The notes under the pieces are model-generated. The model ran no database searches. It worked only from the letters and a program-made list of their open reading frames with translations, and was not told where the DNA came from. Made by a program: the position numbers and the translations under genes. Positions 44,801-51,397 of a stretch of 64,000 nt of DNA are shown here, piece after piece (positions within the stretch are counted from its first letter, which is position 1; each line of letters begins with the position of its first letter). Location: positions 248,001-312,000 of the forward strand of contig NW_013657649.1 in assembly GCF_000142905.1 (NCBI RefSeq), in the 5' to 3' direction. Origin of the DNA: Thecamonas trahens ATCC 50062. Its lineage: Eukaryota; Protista; Apusomonadida.

Positions 44801-45225
44801 TGCGGCGCCGAGGAAGCAATGGCGGCTACGACGTCGGCAAGTGGACCAGCGGGCGTGATGCGTGCAGCAAGTTCGGGCTTCTCGTCTAGCAGCTCTGGGA
44901 GCGGCCGAGGCACCTTGGCCGCCAGCGGGGAGACGTAGCTCACGTCCGGCACAGCGAGCGAGGCGAGGACGTCGGCCATCACCCGGCGCTTGGTGCTACC
45001 GGACACACGCGGCCCCGTAGCGGCGAGGACAAGCGAGGTAGGCCCAGCAAGGGTGGGCGGCGCAATGTCGGCCGTGGCCAGAATGGATGCGTTGACGGTA
45101 GACGTCAGCGAGGGGGGCCTGCTCGAGTCGTGCATGGCGTGGGGGGTATGGGGGGGGGGGGGGGGGGTGAGGGCGGAGGGGAGTGTGACGCGATCGGAGT
45201 CTGAGGAGGCCAATGGGGCATTCAT
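38839..45225 (-). CDS. NIPBL: Cohesin loader Nipped-B/SCC2 with an internal PHD finger
   Basis: 'SEDLIE', 'IFARYP.HR..ILEDILTSL.KLP.SRRGLRSY', 'IQMVSALV..LLQS', 'P.WPAAE', 'LRTQALRA', 'DESARVRE.A.DLLG', 'DTAVSVRVRA', 'RQGLVHP...VP.L.A', 'LA.LPY'. Start codon uncertain (45225 or 45135). Confidence 0.93.
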   Translation of the reverse strand: MNAPLASSDSDRVTLPSALTPPPPPHTPHAMHDSSRPPSLTSTVNASILATADIAPPTLAGPTSLVLAATGPRVSGSTKRRVMADVLASLAVPDVSYVSPLAAKVPRPLPELLDEKPELAARITPAGPLADVVAAIASSAPHLVAEPPRPKKVVKSADDEDSQLAKGKGKGKGKRRKKARIRNMAETLCPAPASAPSPPPSDASATGVAASPSPPPALPATSPSRRKRKGKPAPAWPPLANAVPPSDSGSGSGSGSDSGVAAMDYGGSHHNGPGPDALLASAPFAKFTPLLDDLLEHEELVRSAPHELHAHFPAVKMASFRAALATLARQRLLARAPLDMLLRLTALLRGVFEPASSLVLSLDAQSANAPLHPHLALALEALLTVLAIMTAPGIPRQLRSEDLIEAVLTFTKTHLRVNIFPAHDISYLRPSSASASANTLYTGRSDGESDDDDDVDDDDDGVGDHASDDNSSAPLAAGGARGKAPRARKAAKLRTVNMLTTKIIDAFAAWRALVQLTTHSDTVVLGLTSMILSTFFVEGVAPLQLATLPVIQSIFARYPLHRLTILEDILTSLDKLPVSRRGLRSYRIEHEIVPFLPGSAAAAGSPPRAIQMVSALVMLLLQSCPVLSAKVSHGDGDDDGDDENGSVSDDEANSVALAEGSTYAHALASGRAFVELFLNKAISVLGGGGPGSPNKRTRKADLATDYKALFDNFVADVLAVLDHPSWPAAEALARFISVTLASRCAGNRGMVPTAQAAFGISLLGRVAATLAAHAAAAIPAVVAPHAAATSAAAAPAEDDHTNGTPSIHASLAKLERSSSSLSSGLPPALPSSQGDPAQLGEDISCVECAIEYVGQFMISCDECARWFHGSCIGLAEADTPPLFFCDACLITALADELAASALAREAKRLQSRLRLVRLGGGDASAVAGLQAKLTALGATTIPPPRDLAQHVLLANALAIQAASAPAAKFARLYYLAQWEASSELPPMLKTVYHELAAIDVSTADFRPANMRSRKSLLSALRPSAPGGLRRSQSDAGAESVLAGAARASLDPASPTLLVPSLLGTQQLAISLALNRPLARSLPPLLSALVLALQDSSTSLRTQALRAVAAVVKTAWSHFEVPQVRSAVLGRMLDESARVRETALDLLGEALMQVLDARADPLRRSRKTGMYIVDSDDERAADDEVSGLASALPSLDALLSAMASRVLDTAVSVRVRAMKVLGQFVAKSPRHASVPWVLKRLASRIHDEEESVQDKTKALFRSLWLDDNSPLPLRARIGQILALVAILSDDDASANDNTDTETSSVLLAASSAQWFIDLMAELVGAPPSPPARGLVSQLVDEILAHDLSGFSPKVRAAPLVVRMRALFLIAQGSPAAAAPHAAQLAPYLRVAASGASTEALATLALAAEILALALPVMPRPAASFASLAETELTAALFQKPADVIPGVAKALAALTTHVTRSAARLRDAVLGKFYAFASQCAGLPLHQLTEKARRNLQRALFCMGLLVRHYDFDATLASAPLASSPSSVFAPARPDEDASPVTAVYELMLQFTSHPDANVLLRALQAAGNVWIRKPSLLEKTSRAGALAKWLAPSTPHRIHSTILRCFAQLLAAEEQERSSSHLVASTNAAAVTGKALSLKAAALAKRGTTAKRAWMGGLTMDDESDTELAYISASSGVLQTHFDAVLALVASPVAQVRAAVLQVLGLLLRQGLVHPIIAVPPLMAVACARASSATLADMAFRLLAHIADKDSDMIHSRLMDGVRLAFDQGAAGPALAAAAPVLASAPCDGAVTLPGPFFVRLYQLVASSRPRRCAWLGALVRTFEPSRAQPPPFDYLVFIAGLLAHLPYRKEDAVLYVVYEVNRLVASAGGLIEGALEAFVDGNPEVSPVLSCRDAINASSALILLLRLKRGLKIFYGLTEAKCEGYTPSRLTIDRSASPTASAFTLPSFGDPEMPDDTAIAANPHAASALHLLRAAIEADEVSVNPLITSRRKRSRASTGHSNNDDDASPTKRARGLKSTRRKPLTASRKRRRRRTAAAALDLDLDASACSGDDSDSAGASGAATRRASKRRKTRSAAALRAVAAQLEADDDPLVTSQASQARNDSESDFEPDSAAASDDDEEYEYDE

Positions 45226-45335
45226 GGGGAGGCTTGTCCGAAAAAGGTCGTGGAATGGAAGGAACAGAGCGACAGAGAGGGGAGGGGGGGGGGGGGGGGG
45301 GGGCACACAACACGTGACAGCACAGCGGACGACGC

Positions 45336-46658
45336 ATGGCGAAAGACGCGAGGAAAGGTGGGGTGGGGCTTGAGGACATGGCTGCGGAGGTTGTTCACCG
45401 CGTTGCGTTTGGCGTGGGCGTCCTTGCTGCGGCTGATGTGGTGGCCATGGCAAGGACCTGCCGCCGGCTGCATGCCATGCTGCTGGGCTCGTCGTACTCG
45501 GCCAGCCGGGCGCATGCGCTCGTCGGCTTTGAGCGATGCGCCGAGGCCGGGATGTGGCAAGGTGCGCGGCTGGCGCTGGAGCTCGAGCTGCGGAGCGAGG
45601 CTGAGGCTGAAGGCGACATCCGGTGGCGGCCGCGGCCGCATGCATGGCTCGCTCCGGTCTTTGCGCCCGGCCTTGCCGGGTCGCCAGGCTGGGCCGATGC
45701 GGTGCGGGCGATGGCAAAGGCTCGGATTGTAGCACCGGTGAAGGACGGTGCGCGGGTGCGGGTGCGGGTGTGGCCAGAAGAGCGGATCGAATGGGACTCG
45801 GTTCCGGACATCGATGACGAGTACGAGTTCGACGCAAACAACGAGGACGAAGACGACGATGACGACGATGACGACGACGACGACGGAAGCAGCAGCAGCT
45901 CTGTGCTCGACGGTGGAAGCAAGATCCGAGATGAGACGATTATCGAGTGGTGCGTGAGACGGAGGCTTGATGCGATGGCGGAAGAGCTGGTGGTGGCGCA
46001 TGCGGGAGAGCTGGCGCCACGGCGGAGGCTGGCGATGCTGCGAGAGGCGGCTGGCGCTGGAATGGCCGGTGTGGTGCGGGGCCTGGTGGCAGCCGGTCTT
46101 GTCGACGCCAGCGAGGAGATGTCCCGGGTGCTGGTTGCGGCTGCCGGTTCCGGACAGGAAGAGGTTGTTGCTGCGCTCCTGACGGTCGAGGGCGTCGATC
46201 CTGCGGCGCGCGGGCAGGGCGCGCTGCGAGCAGCGTGCGAGGCCGGACACGTCACTCTGGTCGAGCTGCTGCTTGCCGACCCACGGGTGGATCCTAGCCA
46301 CGATTCGAGCGAAGCGTTTCTGACGGCGGCGGATGAGGGACATGCCGAGGTGGTGGCACTCCTGCTGTGCGACGGGCGCGTCGACGCCGGCAGTCGCGAC
46401 AACCTCGCGCTGTGCCGGGCAGCCAAGGCCGGTCACACAGCAGTGGTGGAGCTGATACTCGGCGCGCCCGGCGCCGAGCCTGGTGCCGTCGACAACTACC
46501 CGCTGCGATGGGCGGCCAAGAACGGACACGCCGACATTGTAGCGCTCCTGCTCGCGACCGGACTCGTGAATCCGCGGGCACGGCGGAGCGAGGCGCTGAT
46601 TGGGGCGGAGGCGGCCGGGCATGCGCGGGTGGTCGAGCTGCTGCGGGCGGCAATGTGA
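45336..46658 (+). CDS. F-box-like plus ankyrin-repeat protein
   Basis: N-terminal 'LEDMAAEVVHRVAF..DVVAMARTCRRL' is F-box-like; at least six ankyrin repeats 'AL..AA..GH..VV.LLL.D.RVD'. Confidence 0.8.
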   Translation: MAKDARKGGVGLEDMAAEVVHRVAFGVGVLAAADVVAMARTCRRLHAMLLGSSYSASRAHALVGFERCAEAGMWQGARLALELELRSEAEAEGDIRWRPRPHAWLAPVFAPGLAGSPGWADAVRAMAKARIVAPVKDGARVRVRVWPEERIEWDSVPDIDDEYEFDANNEDEDDDDDDDDDDDGSSSSSVLDGGSKIRDETIIEWCVRRRLDAMAEELVVAHAGELAPRRRLAMLREAAGAGMAGVVRGLVAAGLVDASEEMSRVLVAAAGSGQEEVVAALLTVEGVDPAARGQGALRAACEAGHVTLVELLLADPRVDPSHDSSEAFLTAADEGHAEVVALLLCDGRVDAGSRDNLALCRAAKAGHTAVVELILGAPGAEPGAVDNYPLRWAAKNGHADIVALLLATGLVNPRARRSEALIGAEAAGHARVVELLRAAM

Positions 46659-46706
46659 AAGGCAGCGGCGCAACGGAGGTGTTTGTTCAAGATCGTATGA
46701 GCTGGC

Positions 46707-48077
46707 TCAGCGGCGCGAAGTGCCGCAGGCCGAGCAGACGTCGGCCAGGACATCGTTGTGGAGGGTGCAAACGAGGCAGGCCCAGTGGCCGTGCGTGGCG
46801 GCTGCGAGGTCAGCGCCGTGAGGAACGGCGGGCCCACCGGCCTGGCGGCCGCGCGGAGTGGTGCCGTTGTTGGATGGTGGCGGGACCAGTTCGAGGTTCT
46901 GGGCCCATTCCGGTGTAGCGTACGGGTGGCCGGGAACCGGCTGGTCCGAGTATCCATAGGCTGCCGGCGGCGGCGCACTGCGCTGCGGAGGCAGGTCCGC
47001 AGCAGGCGGCGGCGCGCGCTGTGGCACAAGATCGGTGTCAGGCTTGCGGCGGGCCTTGGCCTTGGCTTTGGACTTGGACTTGGGCTTGGACTTGGGCTTG
47101 GACTTGGACTTGGCGTCTGGCTTGGCGACCTCGGAGCGCGACGCGGCGCGCGACTTTGTACGGGCGCGGCGCTCAACCGAGTCGATGGGCGGGCCACCCG
47201 GGTACTTGACCGATGGGGTTGGATGCGGAGTGATGGTGTCGTACGCGTCGGCGTTGGAGGCCTTGTGTGTGGTCTTGTACATGGGTGCCATCTTCTTGCG
47301 GCAGAGCAAGTAGCGGAGCAGGAGGAGGACGACGGCGACAATTGCGGTGATGAGCGAGACAACAGCCGGGAACGTGAGGCCGCCCTTTGACGAGATGACG
47401 ACGAGGACCGAGAGACCGCACGTGCTGCTCGCGGTCTCGCACGCGTCCTTGGCATCGCCCTTGAACACGTTGCCGCACTTGGGCATCTGGAAGTCGTCTT
47501 GCACGTCGAGCACAAAGATGAGGATGGAGAGGATGAGGCCGGCAAGGGCGGCGAGATAGATGACGCATCGCGAAGCCTTCTTCCGCTTGGAGCCCGGCGG
47601 GAGCGGCTTGATGGTGATGGCCATGAGCGAGACAAAGGAAATGAGCAAGGTCACCAGCTTGGCGACAATGACGTAGACCAGCATGGAGACGGCCTGATTG
47701 TAAGCATTGCGCAGGGCGGTTTTTGAGCAGAGCTCCGGCCCAGCACACGGCAAAGCCCAGCTGAGCTGTGGGCAAGCAGCCTCGAGCGAGCGCATGGCGT
47801 CCGAGCCGGCCGATGCCACACACGTCGAGTTAAACGGCTGGCGGAGCAGATCCGAGGCCTTGGCACTGTTTTCGAATACCGAGAGGGAGCATGTGGTGCA
47901 GCAAGCAAAGCCATCTGAGCCGCGTAGTGCCATGCCTAGAGCCGCCAGCACCACCATGTCCACCAGCAGGTTGAGCGTCGCCACCACCACGTAGACCTTC
48001 CGCAGCGTATGGACCCGGTACCGGACACGGTCGTACTCGGCCTGGTCCATGATGGGGGCCTTGCGGTAGATGAACAT
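46707..48077 (-). CDS. Four-TM protein with Cys-rich loops and a C-terminal RanBP2/NZF zinc finger
   Basis: Four hydrophobic helices, a KP/KS/KA repeat, and terminal 'WACLVCTLHNDVLADVCSACG'. Confidence 0.72.
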   Translation of the reverse strand: MFIYRKAPIMDQAEYDRVRYRVHTLRKVYVVVATLNLLVDMVVLAALGMALRGSDGFACCTTCSLSVFENSAKASDLLRQPFNSTCVASAGSDAMRSLEAACPQLSWALPCAGPELCSKTALRNAYNQAVSMLVYVIVAKLVTLLISFVSLMAITIKPLPPGSKRKKASRCVIYLAALAGLILSILIFVLDVQDDFQMPKCGNVFKGDAKDACETASSTCGLSVLVVISSKGGLTFPAVVSLITAIVAVVLLLLRYLLCRKKMAPMYKTTHKASNADAYDTITPHPTPSVKYPGGPPIDSVERRARTKSRAASRSEVAKPDAKSKSKPKSKPKSKSKAKAKARRKPDTDLVPQRAPPPAADLPPQRSAPPPAAYGYSDQPVPGHPYATPEWAQNLELVPPPSNNGTTPRGRQAGGPAVPHGADLAAATHGHWACLVCTLHNDVLADVCSACGTSRR

Positions 48078-48499
48078 GGCGAGAGGGGTGGGGGGGGGGG
48101 GGGGTGGGAGGGGGGAGAGGGGAGAGAGAAGTGGTTGTGGCTATGGCGGTGGTGGTGGTGGCGGTGGCGGTGGCTGGCTCTCTGCTAATTGGCAGTCCAA
48201 GCGATGTCACCAAAGCCGAAGAACCACATCAGTGCGGCAGAGTATGGCGCATCAAGATGTGATCCTGGCATTGATGAGGGTCTGATCAGGGCGGTGCATC
48301 GCACTGTGGGTGGGGGCTGTTTTTGTTTGTGCATGCGTAGGTGGGTGGGTGGGTGTGCGTGCGCATGGGTGGGTGTACCCGTGTGCCTGTCTCGCCATGA
48401 TCGAGTCCTCTACCTGCTGTGGCTTGAGAGACCACCGACTGAACACGTCAGGTCCCACGTGATGGCCCTTCCCCCAACCCCACTCGGCACGTGTTCGCC

Positions 48500-50338
48500 A
48501 TGTGTGTAGTGAGTTGGATGGCGTTGCTGGGCCTGGTTCTGCTGGAAATGGCCGCTGCGGGGGAGAGCCCGTGGTTGGCCCGGCCGCGGGTGGTGGCTGG
48601 CGGAGCGGCGCTGGCCGGGGTGGTCGTCCCGCCAGCGGCGCTGGTCCGGATCACCCGCTCCGGAGTCATGCGGTGCTCGGGCGGACTCATCGGTCGGCAG
48701 CAAGTCATTACTGCAGCACATTGTCTGGTGGGATTAGACGTGGCTACTCTGGCTGTCCGCATCGGAACCAGCTATGCCGTCGCAGGCGGCGAGGGAGTTG
48801 TGCGGGCGGTCGTCGAGACTCTCGTCCATCCGGGGTACGATGGGCGGGTCCGGTCTGGCTACGATGTGGCGATCATGGTCCTCGACGAGGCGGTCGACAG
48901 CAACAAAGTATCTCCGCTTCCGCTGGCGGCTGTACGCCCGCCGAATGGGCTGGATGGGGTGCTAGTCGGCTTTGGTGCCACTCATCCGTCGGGATCGACC
49001 GCCTCGCTCCCAGCCACAGCCCGCTACGGTGATGTGCGGGTTGCTCCGCCGTCCGAATGTGGGTACAAAGGCGGCGTGATCAACGCCAGCCAGCACATCT
49101 GCGCCTCGGCACCCAGCAGGAGCGAGATGACCTCGTGCGCCGGCGACTCGGGTGGGCCGATGCTTGTTCCGGTTCGTGGCGAGCCAACAGCCTGGCTCGT
49201 TGCCGGCGTCGCGTCGTTCGGCTCGGTTGTCTGTGGGAGCGAGGGCCGCAAGGGCGTGTATGTGCGGATTGACGCGGTGGTGGCCTGGATCCGGAGCGTT
49301 GTGCCCGAGGCGCTTGTCGCGCATCCGGGCGCCCGTGGCCAGACGACCGAGCTCGCGCTCTCCGGCGAGGCGCTCGGCCCGGCGCTGGAAGCGGTGGCGC
49401 CAGCCAACGCGACCCGGATTGTTGTGCTTGCAGGCTCTGCATTCGTTCCGCTCGCTGGCGTCGCGCTGGCCAGCGTCGCGCCCAACAACAGCGTGCTGGT
49501 GGTCGGCGAGTCTGGTCGCCTCGTCGTTGATGGTCCGCTCGCGACCGGCGGCGTGCTCGCGCTACGATTCAACAGCTCGCTGGACATTGGCTCTGTCGGC
49601 AGTGTGCTTGCCGGCGGGCTGGCGGTCTCGGCACAGTCGCGTCTGCTGGTGCGGATGGCGCGGCCGAGCCGCGATCCGGCACAGGCGCCGCTGCGGGCCG
49701 GGCCTCGCGGCCTCGCGCTCGCCGGCACACTTCGCATCGAGTTTGACGATCCGTCTGCCACCGCTGCCAACGTGTCTGTGGATGGAGTCGGCACGGTTGT
49801 GGGCGCTGCCACCGGCGAGGCGGTTGGCGACATCGACGCGGTTGAGTTAGTTGGCGTCGACGGCAAGTTGGCCTCGTTTGGCGGCGCCGGGATCCAAGTT
49901 GTGTGTGCGGCATCGGCGTGCACACTGCAGATGCGGCGGAGTCAGGGAAGCGCCGCCGAGCTCAGCCCGGCTGCCATCGCTGCAATTGTCGGTGCTGCAC
50001 TCGCTGGTGGGCTCCTCGCCGGGCTGCTCGGGCTCTGGCTGTGGCGGACGACGCGGATCTTGGGGCGAACAACGCCGGACGCCTCTGACCTGCGGCGGCG
50101 GAAAAGGCGGCGGGGGAGGCGGCAGATCAAGCGGCGGATGCGGCCGTTCTCGGCAGGACCCGTCCTCGTATCTGTGTCTGCCACAGACGTTCCGCAGAGC
50201 TCGTCGTCGGGGTCGTCGGAAACGTCCTCGACTTTGGCTCGGTCGACCTCATCGTCGACGCGGATGCCCGAGTTTATGCGGCTGTCGTGGGTAGGCTCTG
50301 CGAGTAGCACCCCCACCGTTGATCACTGCTCTACGTAG
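48500..50338 (+). CDS. Membrane-anchored S1 (trypsin-fold) serine protease
   Basis: Signal peptide, activation site 'R|VVAG', triad motifs 'TAAHC', 'DVAI', 'GDSGGP', C-terminal TM and basic stop-transfer. Confidence 0.9.
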   Translation: MCVVSWMALLGLVLLEMAAAGESPWLARPRVVAGGAALAGVVVPPAALVRITRSGVMRCSGGLIGRQQVITAAHCLVGLDVATLAVRIGTSYAVAGGEGVVRAVVETLVHPGYDGRVRSGYDVAIMVLDEAVDSNKVSPLPLAAVRPPNGLDGVLVGFGATHPSGSTASLPATARYGDVRVAPPSECGYKGGVINASQHICASAPSRSEMTSCAGDSGGPMLVPVRGEPTAWLVAGVASFGSVVCGSEGRKGVYVRIDAVVAWIRSVVPEALVAHPGARGQTTELALSGEALGPALEAVAPANATRIVVLAGSAFVPLAGVALASVAPNNSVLVVGESGRLVVDGPLATGGVLALRFNSSLDIGSVGSVLAGGLAVSAQSRLLVRMARPSRDPAQAPLRAGPRGLALAGTLRIEFDDPSATAANVSVDGVGTVVGAATGEAVGDIDAVELVGVDGKLASFGGAGIQVVCAASACTLQMRRSQGSAAELSPAAIAAIVGAALAGGLLAGLLGLWLWRTTRILGRTTPDASDLRRRKRRRGRRQIKRRMRPFSAGPVLVSVSATDVPQSSSSGSSETSSTLARSTSSSTRMPEFMRLSWVGSASSTPTVDHCST

Positions 50339-51293
50339 TTGGCCGGGAAGACGCCGACGTTGCCGTTGAGCTCGCCGGACCACCAGCCGTCATCGATCTT
50401 CTCAAGGACGGTAATGACATCGCCCTCGTTGAAAGAGAGCTCGGTGTCGTCGGTGGCCTCGTAGTCGTAGACGGCTGTGCAGGTCTCCTTGGTAGCCGGC
50501 GGGCCCGGTGCGGCCTTGGCCGGTGCGGCGGCGGGCGCCGTCCGCGGCTCGGCGGTGGTCGACGCATCGGCGCCCTCGACCCCATTGTCACCGCCGTACC
50601 CGCGCGAGAACTTGCCGCGCTGGACGTAGTCGGCCTCGGCGGCAACAGTGTCCTGGGCCTTGGCCTTCTCGCGCAGGGCGTGGATGTCCTTGACATCCTC
50701 CACCGCGCCGCGCATCAGGCCTGTCGCCTTGGAGCCCCACCGCTGGTCCTTCTCCGAGATGTCGTTGACGTAATCCGGATCGGTCTCCCAGTCTGCCCTC
50801 CCCCCACCACCATCATCCAGAATCATCTCATGCCTGTTAGTCCGTCTCCGCTCCCAGCTATCGCCTTTGCTGTCCCATCGTCCCCTCCCCTCCCCTGTCC
50901 CCCGCCCCCCACCCGTTCCCCGTCCCCGGCTCCTCGGCCGCCACACCTACCATCATCACTCCCGTCCTATCCTCACCGCCACGCCACACATGCACGCATA
51001 CAACACACACACATATATGTATATATATATACATATTTATATGTACCACACATGTAAGTGTCCCCCCTTCCCCCCCGCTTCCTTCCCCCCACTCCACCCC
51101 CAAACAAGGCGCCACCGTCTGTCTGGTCTTCCTCAGAACTGGCGGGACTTCCACCCCACCCCTCCACACACACACCGCACACCCCCCCCACCCACACACA
51201 CACACTCCCTTTTCTTCTACATACAGAGTCCAGGGTAAAGCCCTTGGTCGCCTTGCCGTGCTCGTGCTTGGTATCGCGGATGTAGACAGACAT
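50323..51293 (-). CDS. CTTN: Minimal cortactin/HS1-like protein (184 aa); exons 51293-51225, 50966-50951, 50792-50323
   Basis: The spliced product has '[24 protein letters not shown]' (cortactin NTA), one repeat-like 'FSRGYGGDNGVE' and an SH3 domain 'AVYDYEA..ELSF.EGDVI..DGWW.G..GVFPANYV'. Donors GTATGT and GTAGGT; 555 nt total, in frame. Confidence 0.82.
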
Positions 51294-51397
51294 GTGAGTT
51301 GGCGAGAGTCAGGTGGCTCGAAAGCCACCGCAGTACCCCGCCCCGCCACCTCGCCCCGCCCGGGAACGGCGCGCAGTTAGGCATCATTTACACGGCA

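Noticed and set aside
51000-51055. AT-rich (AT/AC)n patch as a 6mA target or replication origin
   Set aside because: A simple intronic microsatellite; function cannot be supported from sequence alone.
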